Of a stretch of DNA of 32,000 nt, positions 9,680-16,730 are shown piece after piece (the stretch's first letter is position 1; each line of letters opens with the position of its first letter). The notes beneath the pieces were generated by a model. That model was given only the letters and a program-made list of their open reading frames with translations, was not told the origin of the DNA and made no database searches. Origin of the DNA: Candidatus Poseidoniaceae archaeon (lineage in GTDB: Archaea; Thermoplasmatota; Poseidoniia; Poseidoniales; Poseidoniaceae); assembly GCA_943789275.1 (NCBI GenBank), contig CALSTM010000001.1, positions 330,001 through 362,000 on the forward strand, written 5' to 3'. Both the position numbers and the translations under genes were made by a program.

Positions 9680-10132
9680 ATGTCCGATGGAAACAATTCA
9701 GCCGTCGCTGGAATGGTGACCTTGCAGGAACGCATGGTCAATTTAATCAATCAGCTCAATATGCCCCTCATCGAAGTCAGTCTTGTTCTCAGCAAGCATA
9801 TTGCGGGGCTGTCGCGTTCGCTCGATGAACACATAACGGCAACTCAGCAAGAGTTCCCTGAAACCGTCACTCATCCGTGGCCCATTCAGACCGGTGAGGA
9901 TGACCAATCTGGATTTCAGTTTGATTTGGAGAAAATTTTCAAGATTATCGATGAAGATCGAATGGATATCTTAGCAACGTTGGTTCGTGTTACGCTGGTG
10001 GAAATCGATGCATCATTAGCGGAAGGATTGCTCGCTTTACGACCATGGGAGGCTCTTTCACGTACGCAACTTTCCAATGCCAAAAGTCCAGGGCAATTGT
10101 TTTCACCGCTTGAAATTCCAGAGGAATGGTAA
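9680..10132 (+). CDS. Small acidic cytoplasmic protein of unknown function (150 aa), probably co-transcribed with the upstream giant gene.
   Basis: The ATG lies 9 nt after the stop of the 1797-aa gene. There is no signal peptide or TM. The composition is helical and acidic. No motif recognised. Confidence 0.7.
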   Translation: MSDGNNSAVAGMVTLQERMVNLINQLNMPLIEVSLVLSKHIAGLSRSLDEHITATQQEFPETVTHPWPIQTGEDDQSGFQFDLEKIFKIIDEDRMDILATLVRVTLVEIDASLAEGLLALRPWEALSRTQLSNAKSPGQLFSPLEIPEEW

Positions 10133-10168
10133 GCAATGGTTTGAAAATAACCAGCACCAGCGCACACC

Positions 10169-10960
10169 ATGGGCAGACTTCATCGCATCGGTATTGGCAT
10201 TCTTGTGCTGCTTCTCATGCCTGCTCTATCCGGTTGCTTAAGCGGTGACGGTATCCTTGATGTATCGGGTAACCGAGGTATTCCAGGAAGCCTAACCCTT
10301 GCCTGTTTAGATGATTCCAAATACACTTCCATGGTTATCGAAATTGATTATGAACCGGGCTACTTACCCGAATCAACTTCGACAGATATGCTCAAACAAC
10401 GTCTTGAGTCCGTGTGTGCGAAGCCGATGGGAATTAGTTTTGTGTTCACAGAAACTGATTTTTCAATCGAAGACACCTGGTCTGCAAACGATGTGCGCGA
10501 ATTAGGGGATGAGGCAAAAAGTTCCTCTCCTCAATCGGGTTCAACACTCACTTGGCAGATTCTGTTCCCAGCGGGAACATACGATGACACCAGCGTTCTT
10601 GGCGTCGCAGTCGACGCATCCACTGTGGCGATTTTCAAAGACTCCATCGATGAGGCTGAAAATATTTTCCGCCGTCCTTCTGCAGAGAAAATAGAGAACA
10701 GTGTTTTGGTTCACGAAGTTGGCCATCTTTTGGGATTGGTAAACACAGTATACACTTCACCAGTCGATCACGAAGACAGTTCACATCCAGGACATTCCAA
10801 CAACGAAGATTCGGTTATGTACTGGGCCATCGAGTCCACGAGTATTGCGAACTTCTTTGACAATGATTTACCGACGGAGTTTGACAGCGACGACCTCAAT
10901 GACTTGTCCGGTCTTGCTGATGGCAGTATCTCGTGCACTGACCAGTTATGGCGGCCTTAG
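10169..10960 (+). CDS. Secreted lipoprotein, metzincin/matrixin-like zinc metalloprotease (263 aa).
   Basis: Signal peptide with lipobox LSGC (Cys23, 10235-10237). The zinc motif VLVHEVGHLLGLVN begins at 10712 and is followed by ...NEDSVMYW, a possible Met-turn. Confidence 0.8.
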   Translation: MGRLHRIGIGILVLLLMPALSGCLSGDGILDVSGNRGIPGSLTLACLDDSKYTSMVIEIDYEPGYLPESTSTDMLKQRLESVCAKPMGISFVFTETDFSIEDTWSANDVRELGDEAKSSSPQSGSTLTWQILFPAGTYDDTSVLGVAVDASTVAIFKDSIDEAENIFRRPSAEKIENSVLVHEVGHLLGLVNTVYTSPVDHEDSSHPGHSNNEDSVMYWAIESTSIANFFDNDLPTEFDSDDLNDLSGLADGSISCTDQLWRP

Positions 10961-11295
10961 TCGTTACGTTCTGCGCTCAATTGGGTGGCTGCTCTCCATG
11001 CATCAAAGATGGAATAGAGCCACAGGCCAATCCACAGCACAATGGTCAAGGCAAGAGGTATTTGTAAGAGTGACCAGTCCATCGCTTTCCTATGTTGTCG
11101 GTTCGCATGCTGGCCGAGGAATAAGAAGGGGACTGCTGCAAGGAGTGCGGTTAACAGTGGACGTAAAGTACCCCACGCGCCAACGCCAAAAGTGAATTCT
11201 TTCCAAATTTCACGGAGAAGTCGAACAGGTCTCAAATTGGAAAATCCGTCTTCCTCCTCTTGGAGGTCCATTGGTGGTTCATCCGCCGATTCCAT
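10957..11295 (-). CDS. Small two-TM membrane protein, unknown function.
   Basis: The ORF runs 10957-11355 but its first codon is TTG. The first ATG is at 11295 (MESADEPP...), preceded by GGGGAG. Two hydrophobic helices are present (WGTLRPLLTALLAAVPFLFLG and LLQIPLALTIVLWIGLWLYSIF). The competing + strand ORF 10845-11195 has no such features. Start uncertain. Confidence 0.55.
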   Translation of the reverse strand: MESADEPPMDLQEEEDGFSNLRPVRLLREIWKEFTFGVGAWGTLRPLLTALLAAVPFLFLGQHANRQHRKAMDWSLLQIPLALTIVLWIGLWLYSIFDAWRAATQLSAERND

Positions 11296-11388
11296 GCTCC
11301 CCACGAACTGACGTGTCACTACTTGTTTGTCAAGATGACGCAAGATGCGATGCAAGAGTATGAAAAACCCTCACGCTAACGAAGCGTC

Positions 11389-12426
11389 ATGGCTCAGGTA
11401 CTGGTGACCGGATTTGAGCCGTTCGGTAACAATCAACGGAACATTTCCATGGATGTTCTTTCTTCACTTCCCAAGGCGTTCAATTGCCCAGACCCGTGGT
11501 CAATGCGAAGAGCGAGAGAATTGGAACCCATCCAAGTCACAGTTGATTCAATGGTCCTATCGGTTGATGAAAAGGGTTCCACCGCAGTATCGAATCTCCT
11601 TTTAGCGGGCCATGAGTGGGACCTTATTGTCCATTTAGGTCTGTGTGAGTCATGCACAGTGCCACGAATTGAAACCCGTGCTCAAAATACACTCTCGATG
11701 CGAATTCCGGACAACTCCGGACGCCAAGTTTTCGAACAGCCCCTATCTGCACAGGGTGATTTATTCGTTTCAGTCCCGGTTAAAACTTGGGTAAAAAACA
11801 GACTGGAGTCAGTCTGGGAACTGTCGACGGATGCAGGCACGTTCATCTGTAATGAAACTCTATACCGAACCCTCTACACTCTTTCAATGCCTGGTGTCGA
11901 CTCAAAGCCTTGCCTTTTCATTCACCTTCCTGACTATGAAGAATGTTCGTTGGAACAAGCCTCAACGCTCATTCAAGAAGTTATTCAACGCATGCTTTTC
12001 AGACCTGTTGTATCGGTTGTTGGAGGATTGGTGACTCGCAACCGCAGTTATCTTGTTGCTCGCCGTGCACCGCACGAAACACATCCTGGCAAATGGGAGT
12101 TCCCAGGAGGGAAAGTCGAGATCGAGGAAACAATGCAACAGGCTGTTGTGAGGGAGTTCAAGGAGGAACTTGGGTGGGATGTCACTGCAAAGCCTTCCGT
12201 TGGGGTTTGGCACCATGAATTAGAGATGTTTGATATTGCCTTGAACATACTACCTGTCGAGTTAAGTGATGAAGGACTTGACCTCATGGATTCAAGCTCT
12301 TGGACTGCTCATGATGCTTTGGCTTGGAGGGCTATCGATGATGATTCGCCACTCGATTGGTTAGGAAGCGATGAGCACATCGTTGATTGGATGAGGGAGA
12401 CCGGTTATCTCTCTAAATCCAAGTGA
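11389..12426 (+). CDS. pcp: Fusion protein: N-terminal pyroglutamyl peptidase I (peptidase C15, Pcp) plus C-terminal Nudix (MutT-like) hydrolase.
   Basis: The N-terminus VLVTGFEPFG is the Pcp signature. Catalytic-triad equivalents are present: E95 in PRIETRAQN (11671-11673), C154 in AGTFICNE (11848-11850) and H179 in LFIHLP (11923-11925). The C-terminal half carries a perfect Nudix box GX5EX7REUXEEXGU = GKVEIEETMQQAVVREFKEELGW (12109-12177), preceded by GKWEFPGG. Confidence 0.88.
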   Translation: MAQVLVTGFEPFGNNQRNISMDVLSSLPKAFNCPDPWSMRRARELEPIQVTVDSMVLSVDEKGSTAVSNLLLAGHEWDLIVHLGLCESCTVPRIETRAQNTLSMRIPDNSGRQVFEQPLSAQGDLFVSVPVKTWVKNRLESVWELSTDAGTFICNETLYRTLYTLSMPGVDSKPCLFIHLPDYEECSLEQASTLIQEVIQRMLFRPVVSVVGGLVTRNRSYLVARRAPHETHPGKWEFPGGKVEIEETMQQAVVREFKEELGWDVTAKPSVGVWHHELEMFDIALNILPVELSDEGLDLMDSSSWTAHDALAWRAIDDDSPLDWLGSDEHIVDWMRETGYLSKSK

Positions 12427-12928
12427 CAGCTTCACCGTCGGCACCCATTGTATTGTCATCTTGGATACTGCGCGGAACGGTATCACGACCCTTATGCCAT
12501 GTGGCTGCTTCAAGCCAATCACCTAAGTTTTGGCCTTCAAGAACGACATGGATTAGACCTCCGAGTGGACGTTCACCGGGCAAGGGGAAGGCGACTTTTC
12601 CAACAATTGCAGCCTGTCGGAGTAATGAAAACTCTGTTTTCGAACCTTCAAAAGAAGCCGTCATTGCGTCCAAAGCCGTATCGAGAATGCGCTGTTCATG
12701 CAGTAGTTTGAGAAACGTCGCAAGCGATACATTCTGCCCAGTCCAAACTGTGTCGATTGCCTGACCGAGTTGCGGATTTTCGTGGTGCGTTGGTACGGGG
12801 AACTCGGGGAATATGGTCAGCACGGCAAGTTCCACTTTTTGCGGTACATCTGCTCCTCGTAATGCTGTCTCGATACGAATCTGCAAGTTTTCATTGACGC
12901 CATTGAGGCGCAGCATTGGTTCTTGCAT
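12413..12928 (-). CDS. Hypothetical cytoplasmic protein.
   Basis: The ORF is open 12413-13045, but codon 1 is TTG and would overlap the divergent GT2 gene. The first ATG is at 12928 (MQEPMLRLNG...). No family recognised. Its 3' end overlaps the pcp-nudix gene by 14 nt. Confidence 0.55.
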   Translation of the reverse strand: MQEPMLRLNGVNENLQIRIETALRGADVPQKVELAVLTIFPEFPVPTHHENPQLGQAIDTVWTGQNVSLATFLKLLHEQRILDTALDAMTASFEGSKTEFSLLRQAAIVGKVAFPLPGERPLGGLIHVVLEGQNLGDWLEAATWHKGRDTVPRSIQDDNTMGADGEAVTWI

Positions 12929-13011
12929 GAACCGTCCAAGAACCCCCTCCACATGAACATGCCTTTCAATCGCTATTTCGGCGAACAGGTGAAAGGTGAG
13001 CGTACATACGG

Positions 13012-14049
13012 GTGGATATGAGTGGTTCAGGGCCGGTGATTGCAACCGTCCTGCCCGTGCTCAACGAAGAGAACTACATCGAAGCATGTCTTCAATCACT
13101 TATCCAACAGAGCCTACCAGCCGAGCAACATATGATTTTGGTTCTTGATGGAGGTTCGACGGATTCAACACGAGAAAAAGTCGAACGTATGATTGCTTTG
13201 AGCGTTCAATCGAAAGGACCTCGGATTGAATTGCATTCCAATACGGGCAAGTACGTTGCTCAAGCCCGTAACTTGGCGCTTAAGATTCTGCCATCATCCG
13301 TACAATTTACGGTCGAGATGATTGGTCATTCGACCGTCGACCAGGACCATCTTGAAGTCCGGTTAAGCGAGTGGAACTTGCTTGAAGAGGAGCATTCGAA
13401 ACCGTTAGGTGGGGTTGGCGTGAAAGTGTTGCCAAGTTTAGGTCGCCACGGTGCGGTCGAATCTTGGATTGAAGGATGCCTCACATCTCCTTTCGGCAGT
13501 GGTAATGGCCAATTCGATGGATTCAAATCCAGAGGGCTCACACAGGTTCCAGCGTTTGCTATGCATTCACGCCAGGCTCTTGAGTCGGTGAATGGCTGGG
13601 ATACAAACTTCATCACGAGTCAAGACAGCGATCTTTCAATGCGGTTACTCAACGCTGGTTTCACATTGGCCCGAACCCCTGCAACCCATGTGCGTATGGT
13701 CAAGCGTTCCACCCTGGGCAAATGGTGGAAGATGGGTCATCGTTACGGATTCTGGCGTGCTAAAATTTTACGTAAGCACCCGAAACGGACAAGCGTTCGA
13801 GAATTTTTACCATGGATTGGCGCTATCGTTACCCTCTCCCTCTTAGGAGCAGGTTCATCATTTACGGGAATCTTACCCGCATGTTATGGGACAGTTCTTC
13901 TTCTTGAAGGTCTACGAAGTGCACGAAAGGCAAGACGAATTTCGTTGATTTTTGGTGTCCCGTTCTGTTTGGTTTTACTTCACTCGAGTTTTTCGGTGGG
14001 TCTTGTCGATGGATTGTTTCGAAAGGGCCGTGCTTCGCAAGACCGATAA
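13012..14049 (+). CDS. Family 2 glycosyltransferase (GT-A fold) with C-terminal TM helices.
   Basis: VIATVLPVLNEENYIEACLQSLIQQS...ILVLDGGSTDSTRE is the typical GT2 N-terminus. A C-terminal hydrophobic region is present (FLPWIGAIVTLSLLGAGSSFTGILPACYGTVLLL, ISLIFGVPFCLVLLHSSF). The start is either GTG 13012 or ATG 13018. Confidence 0.82.
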   Translation: MDMSGSGPVIATVLPVLNEENYIEACLQSLIQQSLPAEQHMILVLDGGSTDSTREKVERMIALSVQSKGPRIELHSNTGKYVAQARNLALKILPSSVQFTVEMIGHSTVDQDHLEVRLSEWNLLEEEHSKPLGGVGVKVLPSLGRHGAVESWIEGCLTSPFGSGNGQFDGFKSRGLTQVPAFAMHSRQALESVNGWDTNFITSQDSDLSMRLLNAGFTLARTPATHVRMVKRSTLGKWWKMGHRYGFWRAKILRKHPKRTSVREFLPWIGAIVTLSLLGAGSSFTGILPACYGTVLLLEGLRSARKARRISLIFGVPFCLVLLHSSFSVGLVDGLFRKGRASQDR

Positions 14050-14099
14050 TGTGTTCAAGCAATGTATGCCAACTTTCTTGAGTGTAGTAGGAAAGCGCA

Positions 14100-14104
14100 A
14101 GGTG
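14100..14104 (+). promoter_or_regulatory. Shine-Dalgarno-like AGGTG, 6 nt upstream of the ATG at 14111.
   Basis: The sequence reads gcgcaAGGTGttgaccATG. Confidence 0.4.
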
Positions 14105-14110
14105 TTGACC

Positions 14111-15094
14111 ATGGTGGAGGAGCGTTCAGCAACGGCCCGTGGTATTGCGATATTGCCATTTCTGTTGATGGGTGCTGTGCATTTGACGGTCACACCTCTT
14201 CGTCAAATTTTTGACCTTGAACCACTGATTATGTATGTATGGTATGGAATTGCCGTTGTTCTTGGTATCGTTCTTTTTCGTAAAACTCGGACGGTACGTG
14301 ATTTCGAATACCATCGTTCGCGTTCCATGAAGTCCATGAAGAAAGTATACCAAGCTGAAGAAGCAGGAGTTTGGCAAACCAATGTCCAACTTGATGGTAA
14401 CCTCAGCCCTGAAGGAAAATTGGCCCTGCAAAGCCAAGTTGCCAACATTGACATGGAATCACCTGAACTTGAACTGCATGAAGATGAGAAAGTCGAAGTG
14501 GACTTACTCCTGGAGTCTGCGCAAGTACGACGGGCAAATCGTAGAGTTTCGGGAGACGAAATGTTCGGTGAAGAACAAGTACACTCAACCATTGGAGCCA
14601 AGCGTAAGGCATCACCGATGGATTCATTGCTCGATTTTATTGGGGCGATTTTCGGTCGAGGCGATGCAGATACGCGACGTGAGGAACGTCGCCAAGCAAC
14701 GCTTAGGGCAGCATCCACTGCCGCACCTGTGATTGCTCAGCGACCAGTTGCTCCAATGCGCACGAATTCAAACCAAGATGATTCTGAACTGAAAATGACC
14801 TCGGTGAGTGACGATGGGGGAATCGATTCGGTCATGTCCGAAACAGGGGCCAGTCTCCCTGATGTTCAAGCATCTGCAATGCAGATGGATACAACTTACG
14901 CTTGGGATTCACCACCACCGGTATCCAATCAAGGCAGCATCGAGGAAATGGCCATGATGAATACCGCACAGTTCGCTACTGCACCACAGACCAGTGTTCC
15001 TGCACCACCGCCAGCAGGTAACCTCTGCAAAGGCTGCAGTTCGTCGATACCTGTCGGCGAACCGTTCTGTCTTCATTGCGGTCTTGATGCTTGA
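14111..15094 (+). CDS. Membrane protein with two N-terminal TM helices, a long low-complexity cytoplasmic region and a C-terminal zinc ribbon.
   Basis: The ORF is open from 13952, but that would overlap the GT2 gene. ATG 14111 has an SD-like AGGTG upstream; ATG 14066 is an alternative. TMs are GIAILPFLLMGAVHLTV and LIMYVWYGIAVVLGIVLF. The C-terminus CKGCSSSIPVGEPFCLHCG (15025-15079) is CxxC-x11-CxxC. Confidence 0.72.
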   Translation: MVEERSATARGIAILPFLLMGAVHLTVTPLRQIFDLEPLIMYVWYGIAVVLGIVLFRKTRTVRDFEYHRSRSMKSMKKVYQAEEAGVWQTNVQLDGNLSPEGKLALQSQVANIDMESPELELHEDEKVEVDLLLESAQVRRANRRVSGDEMFGEEQVHSTIGAKRKASPMDSLLDFIGAIFGRGDADTRREERRQATLRAASTAAPVIAQRPVAPMRTNSNQDDSELKMTSVSDDGGIDSVMSETGASLPDVQASAMQMDTTYAWDSPPPVSNQGSIEEMAMMNTAQFATAPQTSVPAPPPAGNLCKGCSSSIPVGEPFCLHCGLDA

Positions 15095-15151
15095 GGCGAT
15101 GGATTTTGTGCGTGATGTTGAAAGAGGACTTCACTACCCCTAGGCTTGTTC

Positions 15152-15157
15152 GGTGAG
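15152..15157 (+). promoter_or_regulatory. Shine-Dalgarno-like GGTGAG, 3 nt upstream of the dnaJ ATG.
   Basis: The sequence reads ttcGGTGAGcatATG. The same GGTGAGnnnATG geometry occurs at 21462-21473. Confidence 0.5.
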
Positions 15158-15160
15158 CAT

Positions 15161-16285
15161 ATGTCTGAGAAACGTGACTATTACGAAGTTCTTGGTGTGG
15201 AGAAACAGGCGACTTCTGCAGAACTCAAGAACGCCTTCCGTAGTCTTGCCCGTAAGTACCATCCAGATCGGAGTGAGGAAGAAAATGCTGAGGATATGTT
15301 CAAAGAAATCCAAGAAGCATATGCCGTTTTATCCGATGATGAAAAACGCTCACAGTACGATCGATTTGGGCATAATGGGCCTGGTGGCTCTCCGTTTGGA
15401 GGCTTCGGCGGCGGTGGTTTCAACATTAACCTTGAAGACATTCTCGGCGGCGACTTCTTTTCCAACATATTTGGTGGTGGCGGTGGGTCTCGCCGTTCAC
15501 GCCGTAGAGGGTCAGACATTCGGATGATTCACACTGTTGACATGTTCAAGATCTATGCGGGCAGCACTGAGGAAGTTGAAGTTGAACTTCCGGTCGCCTG
15601 TACACATTGTGACGGGACAGGAGCCAAAGACGGTGAAACATCGGAATGTGGAGATTGCAGTGGTCAAGGTCGAGTTCGCATGCGCCAACAAGTCGGACCC
15701 TTCGTTCAAGATGTCGTTCGAGAATGTCCGACGTGTGGCGGTTCCGGTAGTACAGCCGTTGAGTCATGTTCACATTGCCGTGGTAACGGCAAGGATATCA
15801 AATCCACGACGCTTCGATTTAATGTCCCAGCAGGGGCTGAGGCGGGAACTCGCTTGCGCATGCGAGGTAAAGGGGAACCAGCACCACAAGGTAAAGGTGA
15901 GAATGGTGATTTGTTTATTGAAATCGACATTGAACCTCACCCATGGTTTGAACGCTCCAGTGCAGATCTCATCATGTCGTTACCTCTCGGTTATGCTGAC
16001 TTGGTGCTCGGAACGACCGTTACCATTCAACACGTTGACGGGAAAGAACTGAACATTAAGGTGCCAGCGTATTCGAATTCTGGAGACACCCTTGAAATTC
16101 GAAAACGAGGTTTACCTCATAGCAGAGGCAGTGGGCGTGGCGATGTTGTTGTTCTTCTGAAATTACATATGCCTAAGAAAGTCGACAAGAAGTCGAAAAA
16201 AGCTCTGCAGGATTTGAAGTCAGCCCTCGCGCCGAAGGACATTTTGGAGCGCATCAAGGATGATGCTAAGGATCGACGAAACTGA
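15161..16285 (+). CDS. dnaJ: Type I DnaJ/Hsp40 co-chaperone.
   Basis: J domain: KRDYYEVLGVEKQATSAELKNAFRSLARKYHPDR. A G/F-rich linker follows (GGSPFGGFGGGGFN). Four CxxCxGxG zinc-finger repeats are present (CTHCDGTG, CGDCSGQG, CPTCGGSG, CSHCRGNG). ATG 15161 is preferred over the upstream TTG 15146. Confidence 0.95.
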   Translation: MSEKRDYYEVLGVEKQATSAELKNAFRSLARKYHPDRSEEENAEDMFKEIQEAYAVLSDDEKRSQYDRFGHNGPGGSPFGGFGGGGFNINLEDILGGDFFSNIFGGGGGSRRSRRRGSDIRMIHTVDMFKIYAGSTEEVEVELPVACTHCDGTGAKDGETSECGDCSGQGRVRMRQQVGPFVQDVVRECPTCGGSGSTAVESCSHCRGNGKDIKSTTLRFNVPAGAEAGTRLRMRGKGEPAPQGKGENGDLFIEIDIEPHPWFERSSADLIMSLPLGYADLVLGTTVTIQHVDGKELNIKVPAYSNSGDTLEIRKRGLPHSRGSGRGDVVVLLKLHMPKKVDKKSKKALQDLKSALAPKDILERIKDDAKDRRN

Positions 16286-16328
16286 TGAAGCAATCATTTC
16301 CTCCTCTTAATCCACGTCTTTCGACGGC

Positions 16329-16345
16329 ATAAATATCGTATTAAT
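16329..16345 (+). promoter_or_regulatory. AT-rich TATA-box-like elements (ATAAATAT, TATTAAT) upstream of the ORF starting at 16376.
   Basis: This is the only strongly AT-rich stretch in the 90-nt intergenic region. It lies 31-47 nt upstream of the ATG, which is compatible with an archaeal TATA box at about -26 and a short leader. Confidence 0.3.
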
Positions 16346-16375
16346 CTTCATAACCTCTGGACATTTGGTCGTAGC

Positions 16376-16678
16376 ATGTCCGAGAAGCGTGTACTGCGCA
16401 AGATGAAGAAACTCGCTTCTCGAATTCATGACAAAATGGAAGCAGTTCGTGATGTCATGGAAGATTTGGAAATCGAGTTCGAGTTACTCCAAAATCAGAT
16501 TACAAAACTTGAATCCAAGAAGGGCTTGACTCGTGAAGAAAAAATCTTTGAGAGTAAGTCGACCTCACGCGCCGAAAATGACTCCATGGACGAATCAGAG
16601 TCGGATAAAGAAGAAGATGACGATGATCTGCTCGACTTGGAGAACACTTCCGTTGTAACCGTCCGTCCAAAGTTTTGA
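16376..16678 (+). CDS. Small coiled-coil protein with an acidic C-terminal tail (100 aa), unknown function.
   Basis: ATG start with a plausible upstream promoter. A heptad-like helical N-terminal half is followed by ESESDKEEDDDDLLDLE. No family recognised. Confidence 0.6.
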   Translation: MSEKRVLRKMKKLASRIHDKMEAVRDVMEDLEIEFELLQNQITKLESKKGLTREEKIFESKSTSRAENDSMDESESDKEEDDDDLLDLENTSVVTVRPKF

Positions 16679-16730
16679 GCAGCATATGCGATTTGAGCGT
16701 AATGCCGCTTTCATCTCGAAGGTGATTTCA

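Noticed and set aside
10845-11195. A + strand 116-aa ORF competing with the - strand ORF 10957-11355.
   Set aside because: The + strand translation is Arg/Ser-rich with no features and overlaps the end of the protease gene in another frame. The - strand product has two clean TM helices and a plausible ATG/SD.
12423-12764. The + strand ORFs 12423-12764 and 12448-12711 as alternatives to the - strand 210-aa ORF.
   Set aside because: They are shorter, mutually overlapping, Ser/Arg/Pro/Cys-rich shadow-like translations. The - strand ORF is longer with balanced composition, although its function and start remain unknown.
12413-13045. An attempt to assign the 210-aa protein to the 2H phosphoesterase (LigT) family or another known family.
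   Set aside because: The tandem H-x-T/S-x motifs required for 2H phosphoesterases are absent (only HVHV and HVVL are present). No other signature was recognised, so it is left as hypothetical.
15146-15160. TTG start at 15146 for dnaJ, as given by the ORF track (MFGEHMSEK...).
   Set aside because: ATG 15161 is preceded by GGTGAG at the same spacing seen for another gene. It also gives the canonical DnaJ N-terminus (MSEKRDYYEVLGV), where the J domain normally begins within a few residues of the start.
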